Positions 21,966-30,322 of a DNA stretch of 49,385 nucleotides are shown here, one piece after another; position 1 is the stretch's first letter, and each line of letters opens with the position of its first letter. The notes under the pieces were generated by a model. That model had not been told where the DNA came from. It made no database searches and saw nothing but the letters and a program-made list of their open reading frames with translations. This stretch comes from a virus. The stretch lies in IMG/VR virus record IMGVR_UViG_3300025858_000002, one strand, 5' to 3'. Position numbers and translations under genes: made by a program.

Positions 21966-22277
21966 TTATCTCTCTTTGGTAAAGATTGGCAATTGGTTAT
22001 CTGCTACGAACTTCATATTTGTCGCTTTGGTAATACGGTCTTGTCTAGTCGAAGACAAAGCGAGTCCAAGTGTGCGGACATTTTTCCAGGCTTGGTCTTG
22101 GTCTTTTTTATAGCCCTCTTTGGCAAGTTTTAACAAAGCCTTGATGTTTTCCAGCCCCTTAGACTTTAAGAATCTAAAACCACCATTAAGGTCTTGACCG
22201 TTGTCTGGTTCTATTTGCCAAAAACCATCGGCATAATTGCCACCCTTGCCAACAGGCAAAGCCACGAATTTATACAT
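21966..22277 (-). CDS. Hypothetical protein
   Basis: Start moved to MYKFVALPVGKGG, with GGAAGGAAAGGGA upstream. Motif LAKEGYKKDQ. Confidence 0.5.
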   Translation of the reverse strand: MYKFVALPVGKGGNYADGFWQIEPDNGQDLNGGFRFLKSKGLENIKALLKLAKEGYKKDQDQAWKNVRTLGLALSSTRQDRITKATNMKFVADNQLPIFTKER

Positions 22278-22323
22278 TGTGAGTCCCTTTCCTTCCGAGA
22301 AAAGACCCGCCGAAGCGGGTATA

Positions 22324-22728
22324 TTATAAGTACAGGTCGTTATTTTCCATACCAGCGGCAAGTATTGCCTCTAATGTTTTGCCAGTGGTGGAGCGAGGCG
22401 TACGTTTTGCCGTAGGCAATGAGTCCACTGGTACAATTTCCAGATGTTTTTGCTCAGCAAAGAACAGAACATAAGGCGACCTCATAAACGCGTTATTTAC
22501 CAGCAAGCGACTCCCATTTGCGACAAATAGAATTGAATCGCCTAATTGAAAGAAAGTTGAATCGCCTTCAATAGGACACCATTTTGGTCTTTTTGGCGAT
22601 GATGCAGGTATTGTCAATAACAGACGGTCGACTTTTTTACCTGTTATTTCGTTTCTTTCATTTTTAATATAACGGACTCTATAACCATAGTCGTCCCAAC
22701 CGAACAATTTTCCATTTTTCTTATTCAT
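22324..22728 (-). CDS. Hypothetical protein
   Basis: ORF track. Confidence 0.5.
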   Translation of the reverse strand: MNKKNGKLFGWDDYGYRVRYIKNERNEITGKKVDRLLLTIPASSPKRPKWCPIEGDSTFFQLGDSILFVANGSRLLVNNAFMRSPYVLFFAEQKHLEIVPVDSLPTAKRTPRSTTGKTLEAILAAGMENNDLYL

Positions 22729-22801
22729 AGTTTTTCCCCTTTTGTTTATGATATAATCAACCGATTACACCAACCAAAGCCCTAAGCCTTGGCAAGTATA
22801 A

Positions 22802-22951
22802 CTAAAACAAAGCAACCAGTACACCAGCAAAGAACACAAAAGCCCCTATTTGCCAAAAGCCACCAGCCGCAGCGAGCCAGCCTGTTAATACGACCCCTAT
22901 TATTGCTAGAATAATACCCAAGCCCCGCAAAGTTAAAAAGTCTGTTTTCAT
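22802..22951 (-). CDS. Small two-helix membrane protein (49 aa)
   Basis: Own translation MKTDFLTLRGLGIILAIIGVVLTGWLAAAGGFWQIGAFVFFAGVLVALF. It replaces ORF-track 22782..23072. Confidence 0.45.
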   Translation of the reverse strand: MKTDFLTLRGLGIILAIIGVVLTGWLAAAGGFWQIGAFVFFAGVLVALF

Positions 22952-23124
22952 TATCGACTCCTCTGAATTTCAAATTGTTTAAAAAACTGTTTAGCACAGA
23001 CTCTCGCGTACGTTTCATTTTCAAACGTCTTTGCAAGGTCTTTCCGATTTGTTTTGACGCAAGTGCCATCACCCAGACTAATCACCTGCTTCAAATACCA
23101 ATCATTTATTTTAATTATAAACAT
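22951..23124 (-). CDS. Hypothetical small protein (57 aa)
   Basis: Own translation MFIIKINDWYLKQVISLGDGTCVKTNRKDLAKTFENETYARVCAKQFFKQFEIQRSR. G-rich SD. TAATG junction. Confidence 0.45.
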   Translation of the reverse strand: MFIIKINDWYLKQVISLGDGTCVKTNRKDLAKTFENETYARVCAKQFFKQFEIQRSR

Positions 23125-23142
23125 ATTAACCCCCGTTATTGT

Positions 23143-23283
23143 TTATTTACTGTAAATAGTCCACTTTGAATCTAAGTTGTTATTATTTTCAATAACAAGC
23201 CTTGAATTGCGGCTGGTATATTTTCCACTACTGGACACTGCTAACATTTTAGCAATACCCCGCCCGCTTGCTAACACTTTCAT
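23143..23283 (-). CDS. Hypothetical small protein (46 aa)
   Basis: Own translation MKVLASGRGIAKMLAVSSSGKYTSRNSRLVIENNNNLDSKWTIYSK. SD AGGGGG. Confidence 0.4.
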   Translation of the reverse strand: MKVLASGRGIAKMLAVSSSGKYTSRNSRLVIENNNNLDSKWTIYSK

Positions 23284-23375
23284 AATTCGCCCCCTATAAT
23301 AGGTCTAATGAACACGCAATAAAACGCACCCACTAACACCACTACACCCAATACACTGCATACTATATTCAACAT
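23280..23375 (-). CDS. Hydrophobic micro-protein (31 aa)
   Basis: Own translation MLNIVCSVLGVVVLVGAFYCVFIRPIIGGEL. SD AAGGGGG. ATGA overlap. Confidence 0.35.
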   Translation of the reverse strand: MLNIVCSVLGVVVLVGAFYCVFIRPIIGGEL

Positions 23376-23387
23376 AACAACCCCCTT

Positions 23388-23585
23388 TTAACCTATTATT
23401 TTATAGTCACCGCGACCATAAAAATACAAGTTTATATTGCGAATCACTACCCCGCGCTCGCCCCTGCCAAATAACCGCTCTATACTACTGGTCGGCATAA
23501 TATAACCATCACCGATTACACTAGCAACCGACCATACTATACCATCACGCACAGACTTGTTTTTATATAACTTTATTCTTATCAT
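23388..23585 (-). CDS. Hypothetical protein (first gene of the leftward block)
   Basis: ORF track, with the start moved to MIRIKLYK behind GGGG. Confidence 0.45.
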   Translation of the reverse strand: MIRIKLYKNKSVRDGIVWSVASVIGDGYIMPTSSIERLFGRGERGVVIRNINLYFYGRGDYKIIG

Positions 23586-23809
23586 TTTTTGCCCCATTGT
23601 TATATAAGTGTTTTCTATTTATTACCTATCACTTACATTTTGTTTATTTACTTGTCCCTATTATTAACCGAATCGCCCCCAAAAAGTGATGACCAAATGC
23701 ACTATTTTACACGCGGCAATGCGCACACGCACCACCGGCTCAAACCCGCAGAAATCCTAAGAAAAAGGGACTGTTTTTTTAGGGGTGGCGAATCAAACCT
23801 CACATCAAT

Positions 23810-23835
23810 GGGTGGGGGTAGGGGGTAGTATAGGG
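23810..23835 (+). other. G-quadruplex-forming motif GGGTGGGGGTAGGGGGTAGTATAGGG
   Basis: Four G runs of at least 3 nt with loops of 1, 2 and 7 nt, in the divergent control region of an AT-rich genome. Confidence 0.5.
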
Positions 23836-23925
23836 TATTGGGAGTAAACATTGGGGTTGACAAGTTATAATGATGGTAGTAGTATAGGTAGTGACCTGTT
23901 AGTATATATGGGTAGTGTATGGGAA
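23822..23925. repeat. Cluster of GGTAGT-type repeats
   Basis: GTAGTATAGG occurs exactly at 23825-23834 and 23879-23888. Further GGTAGT copies lie near 23875, 23888 and 23911. Confidence 0.6.
23857..23885 (+). promoter_or_regulatory. Candidate sigma-70-type promoter of the rightward block
   Basis: TTGACA (23857-23862), a 17-nt spacer, then TAGTAT (23880-23885). The -10 element overlaps one GTAGTATAGG repeat. Confidence 0.45.
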
Positions 23926-24057
23926 TAAACGAGCAGCTGTTGTAAGATACTTTGATGCGGTGCGTAGCTAGGTGTATATATGGGGTCTATTTGAGGTTAG
24001 ATGTTATAGGGTGCAAGAACGCCAGTTTATTTTTATACTTAATTTTAGGTGGAAAGA

Positions 24058-24537
24058 ATGGAAAACGAAATTGATAAGAGTGGTATCAAGGATTTGGCTG
24101 CACGTCAGCGTTGGAACAGTAATAAGGGGCAGTTTAAGGATCCTGAGGTATTAGCTAAGGCTATTGCTATTAGAAAGGCTAATGCTGCAGAGCGGTATAA
24201 GGATCTTGGTAAGTTAATGATGTGGGAGTTTAGTAGACCGCAGAAGGGTGGTAGTACTATTAAGAAGATGGTATATGCTATAGGGGTTGCTAGTACTAGT
24301 TTAAGTGAAAGGGTAGCTAGTGGGGAGTTAATGGGCGAGGATTTGGAGAAGACACTAAGGATCATCGATGGTATGAGTAAGATGGTTGAAAGGCTTCAGA
24401 AGATGAATGAGATAAGAAAACCAGCTAATATCCTTATTCAGAATAATATAGGCAGTTCTAAGACTGGTGGGGTAGTTGGTAGTATAGTGGATGTAGAACC
24501 TACTAAGGTAACTAACCTAGCTGATATGACGAAATGA
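24058..24537 (+). CDS. Terminase small subunit (by position)
   Basis: Immediately upstream of, and overlapping, the large terminase gene. ATG 24058 lies behind AGGTGGA. Confidence 0.5.
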   Translation: MENEIDKSGIKDLAARQRWNSNKGQFKDPEVLAKAIAIRKANAAERYKDLGKLMMWEFSRPQKGGSTIKKMVYAIGVASTSLSERVASGELMGEDLEKTLRIIDGMSKMVERLQKMNEIRKPANILIQNNIGSSKTGGVVGSIVDVEPTKVTNLADMTK

Positions 24538-25991
24538 ACGAAAGAACAGCCTATCTTGATAAAGTTTACAAAGAATACCCAAAGGCTCAGTTAGCCAAAG
24601 AATTATTGTTGTCGTTTAGCGAATACGTTAAATGGCTGCACTTCATTGCTAATGGTACTGAATATGATATGACACCTTCTCATAAGATGTTATGTGACAA
24701 ATTGCAAGAAAGAGTAGAGAAGAGAGAACGTGGAGAAGAGATTAAAAGAAACTTGATGATAAATGTTTCTCCAGGATTTGGAAAGTCTCTCGTGATTGAA
24801 TATTACATTACTTGGTGTTTTGCTAGGAACAAGCATTGTATGTTTTGTTATATAGCGTATGGGGAAAGACTTATTAAAAAGCTGTCTAGGGAATCTAGGA
24901 ACCTTATGGTAACGCCTGCTTGGGGAGAACTGTTTGGTAAAGAAATGGATCCTGGGGATAAGTCTGTATTGAATTATCATCTTATTTCTGGTGGGGTGCG
25001 ATCTGGATTAACCGCTGGTACGGTATCTTCAGCTATTTTGGGGTTAGATGCTGGTAATCCTGCCTCTCCTTTGGTCTTTTCGGGTGATTTGATACTAGAT
25101 GACCCAAATTCTCCTGAAGTTAGGAGTTCTATACACGAACAGGTGGAATTTCCCGAAATCTATCAGAGAAAACTGGCTACACGTAGAAGAACCCCTACAA
25201 CTGGCACTATTTGCGTTATGCAGCGACATTGTGAGAATGATTATGCTGGTTGGGTTAAAGAACACGAAAATGATGAATGGGAATGGTTTATTATCCCTGC
25301 TTTGGATGAAAAAGGTGACTCATATTACGAAAAACGTTACCCAAAGAAAGAATTAGAGCGAATTCAGAAGCAAAATCCCTACCTATTTGCGGCTATGTAT
25401 CTACAAACTCCACTACCTGCTTCAGGGCTATACTTCAGAGAAGAGTGGATAAAAACGTTTAGAACTAATCCTGAAGGCTTTAAGAAGGTATTTATTACTA
25501 CCGACTTTGGTTTCACTACTACTGGAGATAAATCTGCCTTTGGTTGCTGGGGATTGGGTAAGGATGGTAATCTCTATCTTCTAAGATCAGTACAAGGTAA
25601 GTGGGAATCGCCACAAGCTAAGAAAGAATGCATTAGTTTCTTTGAAAGGTGTAATGTAGCCTTTAATCTATGTAGACGTGTGTACGTTGAAAATACATTA
25701 TCTGGTATAGGTTTTATTCAGGATATGAAGAAAGAATGCCCTAAGATGGCTATTGTGCCTCTTCGTAGAGGTGCTAAGAAGAATAAGGCTAATCGTGCTG
25801 AATCAGCTTGTACTTGGTTAGAAGCGGGAAGAGTCTTTATAAGAGAGTCAGATCCTAATTATGTAAGCATTAGAGCTGAATTATTAGCCTGGAATCCTGC
25901 GGAAAAGAATCCTAAGGATGAATGGATTGATAATTTTGGTGATGCTTGTGAATTAGCATTTAATGACAAGGTTGGTAGTATTTTTATATAA
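24534..25991 (+). CDS. Terminase large subunit
   Basis: Walker A SPGFGKS, plus size and position. Confidence 0.8.
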   Translation: MNERTAYLDKVYKEYPKAQLAKELLLSFSEYVKWLHFIANGTEYDMTPSHKMLCDKLQERVEKRERGEEIKRNLMINVSPGFGKSLVIEYYITWCFARNKHCMFCYIAYGERLIKKLSRESRNLMVTPAWGELFGKEMDPGDKSVLNYHLISGGVRSGLTAGTVSSAILGLDAGNPASPLVFSGDLILDDPNSPEVRSSIHEQVEFPEIYQRKLATRRRTPTTGTICVMQRHCENDYAGWVKEHENDEWEWFIIPALDEKGDSYYEKRYPKKELERIQKQNPYLFAAMYLQTPLPASGLYFREEWIKTFRTNPEGFKKVFITTDFGFTTTGDKSAFGCWGLGKDGNLYLLRSVQGKWESPQAKKECISFFERCNVAFNLCRRVYVENTLSGIGFIQDMKKECPKMAIVPLRRGAKKNKANRAESACTWLEAGRVFIRESDPNYVSIRAELLAWNPAEKNPKDEWIDNFGDACELAFNDKVGSIFI

Positions 25992-26002
25992 AAGGAGTAA
26001 AA

Positions 26003-26215
26003 ATGTATATAAAGTTTGAAGATATAGAAAATAATAACAAAGTAATCTTTGCTGAACTGTTACCTGAGGAGGAAGAAGGATTTTATAGAATCAAGACTCT
26101 TGATGATGGTATGATTTGGAACTTGGCTAAGAAATGGTACAAGATGATTGAATTGACAGAAGACGAACTTGAAAGGATAGAAGATGAAATTAACTCTAAA
26201 AAGAGTCACTCTTAA
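26003..26215 (+). CDS. Hypothetical acidic protein
   Basis: ORF track. SD AAGGAG. Confidence 0.5.
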   Translation: MYIKFEDIENNNKVIFAELLPEEEEGFYRIKTLDDGMIWNLAKKWYKMIELTEDELERIEDEINSKKSHS

Positions 26216-26594
26216 GAAAGACTATACTATTGGGCAACTTTATGTAGATGGTGTTTACTTTTGCGATACATTGGAAGATACGGTTCGAAATCCGGTTTGG
26301 GGTCGTTTTATTAAGGTTTCTGGGAAAACCGCTATCCCTTATGGGACTTATACCGTTGCTGTAACCTATTCTAATAGATTTGGAACTTTAATGCCTGAAA
26401 TACTAAATGTGCCTAATTTTACAGGAATAAGGATACATTCTGGCAATACGGCTGAAGATACCGATGGTTGTGTACTTGTTGGTGTAAATTCTGAGGTTGG
26501 CAAGGTTACGAGCTCTAAAGCTGCTTATGGTAAACTGTTTCCTTTAATCAAGGATGCTGCTAAGAATGGAAAGGTCACTATTGAAATAGTTTAA
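26184..26594 (+). CDS. DUF5675-like protein (L,D-peptidase-like fold; possible cell-wall enzyme)
   Basis: TIGQLYVDGVYFCDTLED...AIPYGTYTV...VPNFTGIRIHSGNTAEDTDGCVLVG matches my memory of the DUF5675 family signature. Confidence 0.5.
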   Translation: MKLTLKRVTLKKDYTIGQLYVDGVYFCDTLEDTVRNPVWGRFIKVSGKTAIPYGTYTVAVTYSNRFGTLMPEILNVPNFTGIRIHSGNTAEDTDGCVLVGVNSEVGKVTSSKAAYGKLFPLIKDAAKNGKVTIEIV

Positions 26595-26950
26595 CTTTCT
26601 TCAATGTTTATAATTGTAGTGTAATCATTATCTACTGCTTCGTGAAAGGCTGCTGAAAATCCTAATATCTCTTTTTTAGAGTCATTACGCAATAAGCCTT
26701 TCTTTTGCAATGCATCTAGGAAAGCCTTCTGAAATCCACCAAAAATGTTATCTGGATCTAATCTACACGATAAAGGTATGTAGAAATCATAATCTATGAA
26801 TATTGGTGTAGATAAAGTACGATTTGGTATTTGTAATGCCATTTGTGCTGTAGCTAGCTTTTTAAGCTTTGCACCAATAGCCCAGTGAGCTCTATCTGCA
26901 TTTATAATCTTATTCATATCAGGGTAACGCCCTTTTATAATAATTTTCAT
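26591..26950 (-). CDS. rusA: RusA-like Holliday-junction resolvase
   Basis: RLDPDNIFGGFQKAFLDALQKKGLLRNDS fits the RusA D.DN...K...D.L motif. Confidence 0.65.
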   Translation of the reverse strand: MKIIIKGRYPDMNKIINADRAHWAIGAKLKKLATAQMALQIPNRTLSTPIFIDYDFYIPLSCRLDPDNIFGGFQKAFLDALQKKGLLRNDSKKEILGFSAAFHEAVDNDYTTIINIEES

Positions 26951-27105
26951 TTTGCTTCTTTTGGTTCAAATAATGGAGCATAGCCACAACAATCCATAAG
27001 CATTATTGTTTCTTTAGATATACCATTATCCCCAGCCTTTAAGGTTGTTTCTACAGTTTTTGCAGTGCTTATAGCCCCACACTTGGGACAAATATACTTT
27101 TTCAT
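26947..27105 (-). CDS. Small zinc-ribbon protein (52 aa)
   Basis: Own translation MKKYICPKCGAISTAKTVETTLKAGDNGISKETIMLMDCCGYAPLFEPKEAK. ATGA overlaps at both ends. Confidence 0.45.
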   Translation of the reverse strand: MKKYICPKCGAISTAKTVETTLKAGDNGISKETIMLMDCCGYAPLFEPKEAK

Positions 27106-27368
27106 TTTTTTACATTCTTTGATAAGAAGCTTAAAGTTTCTTTTGCATCATCTTCTGCAATTTGAATTCTGTTGTCATATTCAAGTTCAAAACCCATCAA
27201 TATTAGTTCGTGATTCTTTTCATCACCCATAATCTCTCTTACTTTGTTAGCATTCTTTTCATCGCCAGCTTCAATGAATGCAGCAAGTAAAGGTGTGTAT
27301 CTATGGCGTGCTTCAGTTTCAGACATAAGGTTGTCTTGTATCAAAGATAATATTTTTTCGTTTTTCAT
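27102..27368 (-). CDS. Small helical protein with two E..H motifs (ferritin-like?)
   Basis: ETEARH and DEKNH. Start taken at the TAATG junction (27368). The ORF-track alternative is 27389. Confidence 0.35.
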   Translation of the reverse strand: MKNEKILSLIQDNLMSETEARHRYTPLLAAFIEAGDEKNANKVREIMGDEKNHELILMGFELEYDNRIQIAEDDAKETLSFLSKNVKK

Positions 27369-27715
27369 TAGTCTAACCTTTTTTTCCACTTTGTGAATTT
27401 TTGTTCGATAACTACGTTGATATTAGATATTTTAGCAGGAAGTGCCAAAAAATCAATACTATCCCTAAATTCCATAAACTCTTTCTTATCGTAAAGGTAA
27501 GTCTTCGGTGAGTTTATTTGTTGTTCTAAGAACTTAACTCCTTCCTTTTGATATAAAAAAAGAAGATACAATTCTGCATCTTCCTTAGTATCAAAATAGT
27601 AGCAAGTCCAACTTGAACCACTTAAGGCGTAATTCTTAATCTCTTGTGTAATAAGGTATTTATTAAAAACTAACCCATCTTTAACTATAACCTTACAAGG
27701 TCCAGATATTTCCAT
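27368..27715 (-). CDS. Hypothetical protein
   Basis: ORF track. SD GGAGGAAA upstream. Confidence 0.5.
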   Translation of the reverse strand: MEISGPCKVIVKDGLVFNKYLITQEIKNYALSGSSWTCYYFDTKEDAELYLLFLYQKEGVKFLEQQINSPKTYLYDKKEFMEFRDSIDFLALPAKISNINVVIEQKFTKWKKRLD

Positions 27716-27734
27716 TGGTTTCCTCCATAAACAG

Positions 27735-27764
27735 ATTTTATGCGAATATCTGATATAAAGTCAA
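27735..27764 (-). promoter_or_regulatory. Candidate promoter of the leftward 27715..26591 island
   Basis: Minus strand: TTGACT, an 18-nt spacer, then TAAAAT. Confidence 0.5.
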
Positions 27765-27778
27765 GAAATTTTATAATC

Positions 27779-27807
27779 TTGCAATAATTAAATATATCTT
27801 CTATAAT
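27779..27807 (+). promoter_or_regulatory. Candidate promoter of the portal/head operon
   Basis: TTGCAA, a 17-nt spacer, then TATAAT, 20 nt before ATG 27827. Confidence 0.6.
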
Positions 27808-27826
27808 TTCAGATAAGAGGTTGTAA

Positions 27827-29413
27827 ATGTCAAAAACTCAACACAAGAAAGTCAATTCTGCAAAATTGAATAATTCTCTTAGTGGACTCGTTGCCGGTAT
27901 AGTACCTATTGGTGGTGCAGCTGGTGGGCGTACAGGTTCATTATCTCCTAATTCAATAAATTCTACAGCCACCCTGCAAATGCAAGTCAGGGGTGAGTTT
28001 GTTACATTAAATTATCAATTACTTTCATTTCTTTACCAACAGTTTGGTGTTGTTCAGGCATTGATTGAAGTTCCAGTATTAGATGCTTTTAGAGGTGGCG
28101 TTAAGTTTTCAGCTTTTGAAAAGAAAGTTTTGCCACCTATGAAAAAGAAAAAGAATTTATGGAGTTTCTTCAAAAATGAAGAAAAACAACAACAAAAAGA
28201 TCCAGCTAAAGAGCAATTTGATATTCAAGAAGAAATGCTTGAAAGACGTGCAGAGTGGGAACGCGAACAAGTTAAAAAAGATGAAGAACTTAAAAAAGCT
28301 GATGATTCGTATTTAAGGAACGAAATATCAAAAGAAGAACTTAGACGTATCCAAATCTACGTAAGAAGAGAACAAATATGGATTAAACTGCAACAAGCTC
28401 TTTATTGGAAGAGATTATATGGTGGTGGCGGAATTGTAGTATTAGATGGTAGGAATCCTAAGACTGAACTGAAATTAGAAGATATTAACGAAGATACTGA
28501 TCTTGAGTTTTATGTAGCAGATAACTGGGAACTTTCATCTTCAGATACAAATGCTTTAGCCTTATCAAATATTGATTGGATGTCAGATACACCATTTACT
28601 TTGAAAGGACACGCAATTCATAAATCCCGTGTAATTATACTTAAAGGCAAAGAATTTCCATCTTTCTACAGAGCTGTAGGACGTGGTTGGGGGATGTCCA
28701 TATTGGAACCTTTAATCAGAACTTTGAATAAAAGCATCAAAAACGAAAATGTTATATTTGAATTGCTAGATGAAGCTAAAACTGATGTATTTCAATTGTC
28801 AGGTTTAAACGATTCATTACAGGATGATGATGCGACAAAAGCTATTACACAACGTGTAAGTTTAGCTAATTATTTGAAAAATTATTTAAAAGCGTTATTA
28901 TTAGACTCAGAAGACAAGTACACACAGAAACAATTATCATTTGGTGGTTTAGCTGATCTTAAGATTGATACCAGAGTAGATTTAGCTGCTGATGCTAGAA
29001 TTGTTATGAACAAGTTGTATGGTACATCTCCAGCTGGGTTTAATTCTGGAGAAGCTGATAGAGAAACATATGCAGACGCTGTTGAGGCTGAAATCAGAGT
29101 ACCTGCTGAAAATCCAGCAATTAGATTGTTGGAAATCTGTGGTAGAAAGGTTTTGGGTAAAACATTGGACTTTGAGATTGAATGGGAAAATCTAATAAAG
29201 ACCAGTGCATATGATACAGAAAAAATGAAAACATTGAAATTGGCTAATCTTAACGAAGCATCAATGTTTGGTAGAATAACAAACAAAGAATGGCAAGAAG
29301 CTGTTAACAAATATGATTTGCTTGGATTAGAAGTTTCCTATAAAGAGAAATTTGCAGCAGATCCTATGGTTAAACAGGTGTTTAAACCAGGCTTTGGCGG
29401 TGGAGGTAAATAA
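27827..29413 (+). CDS. Portal protein
   Basis: 528 aa. First gene of the head operon, ahead of the protease/scaffold and capsid genes. Confidence 0.7.
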   Translation: MSKTQHKKVNSAKLNNSLSGLVAGIVPIGGAAGGRTGSLSPNSINSTATLQMQVRGEFVTLNYQLLSFLYQQFGVVQALIEVPVLDAFRGGVKFSAFEKKVLPPMKKKKNLWSFFKNEEKQQQKDPAKEQFDIQEEMLERRAEWEREQVKKDEELKKADDSYLRNEISKEELRRIQIYVRREQIWIKLQQALYWKRLYGGGGIVVLDGRNPKTELKLEDINEDTDLEFYVADNWELSSSDTNALALSNIDWMSDTPFTLKGHAIHKSRVIILKGKEFPSFYRAVGRGWGMSILEPLIRTLNKSIKNENVIFELLDEAKTDVFQLSGLNDSLQDDDATKAITQRVSLANYLKNYLKALLLDSEDKYTQKQLSFGGLADLKIDTRVDLAADARIVMNKLYGTSPAGFNSGEADRETYADAVEAEIRVPAENPAIRLLEICGRKVLGKTLDFEIEWENLIKTSAYDTEKMKTLKLANLNEASMFGRITNKEWQEAVNKYDLLGLEVSYKEKFAADPMVKQVFKPGFGGGGK

Positions 29414-30312
29414 TGAGCTTATTTAATGAAAGTGAACACGTAATAGTAAAAAAGGATGCTGATAACATCCCAAAAGGTCAAACATATACTGCTAAGTTTA
29501 TTTCTGCAGGCTTAGTTGGGCATCAAGAAGGTAACTACTTATTAACTCAAGGCGTATTAGATAATATGGCTTATAGTTTAAAAGGTTGTCCTGTACTTGT
29601 TGGTCATCAAGATGTTTTAGATGAAGATGATATGGAAGAAAAAGCAGTTGGCTATGTTAGCAATGTTAATCGTTGGGAAGATGGTTGTTGGGCTGCTGAA
29701 TTTGTAATCTTTGATCAAAAGACTATAGAAAAGATAGAAAATCGTGAGCTTCCGTATGTTTCTTGTGCTCACAGATCTAATTTGTCTAATGAAGGTGGTA
29801 AGCTAAATAATGTACCATATAAAAGAGAGATCTTGGATGGTCAAATGCTTCATCTTGCATTAGTCAAAAAACCTCGGTATAATGGAACTGACATATGGAA
29901 AAACGACTCGGAAGATCACTTTGTGTCTGAAGGAGTTGAATTCAATAAAAAGGATAATGTTATGTTTGGATTTAAAAAGACTAAAGTCGAATTAGATAAA
30001 GAAACATTGATAAATACATCTTCTGGTGAGAAGACAATTGAAGAATTGGTAAATGAATTAGAAGCTGCAACAGCTGCTATTTCAGATAAAGATTCTAAGA
30101 TTGCTGAACAAGATGTAAAAATTAAAGATCTGGAATCACAAGTTGCAGAAGCTAAAGCCGCAGTAGAAACAAAGGTCGCAGACCCAGTTGTAACTACAGC
30201 TGCAGCTGTAACTAATGAAACCGATGAGCAACTTAAGAAAGACTTAAGCAATTCACTTTCAGCCAACGTTGAAACTAAAGTTGTTAAGGTCCCAAGAGTA
30301 ACAGTAAAATAA
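29413..30312 (+). CDS. Prohead protease/scaffold-like protein (XkdF/DUF2213-like)
   Basis: Position, plus a C-terminal coiled-coil Ala/Glu/Lys-rich tail. Confidence 0.5.
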   Translation: MSLFNESEHVIVKKDADNIPKGQTYTAKFISAGLVGHQEGNYLLTQGVLDNMAYSLKGCPVLVGHQDVLDEDDMEEKAVGYVSNVNRWEDGCWAAEFVIFDQKTIEKIENRELPYVSCAHRSNLSNEGGKLNNVPYKREILDGQMLHLALVKKPRYNGTDIWKNDSEDHFVSEGVEFNKKDNVMFGFKKTKVELDKETLINTSSGEKTIEELVNELEAATAAISDKDSKIAEQDVKIKDLESQVAEAKAAVETKVADPVVTTAAAVTNETDEQLKKDLSNSLSANVETKVVKVPRVTVK

Positions 30313-30322
30313 GGAGTATTAA

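Noticed and set aside
22782-23072. ORF-track 22782..23072(-), 96 aa.
   Set aside because: Two shorter ORFs in other frames (22802..22951 and 22951..23124) have G-rich SD sequences, a TAATG junction and sensible products. The long frame has no SD and an odd composition.
23589-24154. Plus-strand ORFs 23589..23828 and 23972..24154 in the control region.
   Set aside because: They have no SD and an implausible composition, and they overlap the promoter, repeat and G-run elements. The region is better explained as non-coding regulatory or packaging DNA.
28299-28309. Other CUGAUGA heptamers on the plus strand at about 28299 (portal gene), about 40386 and about 46807, considered as possible additional hammerheads.
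   Set aside because: All lie inside coding regions. They lack a following G10.1 stem, a correctly spaced GAAA and flanking helices.
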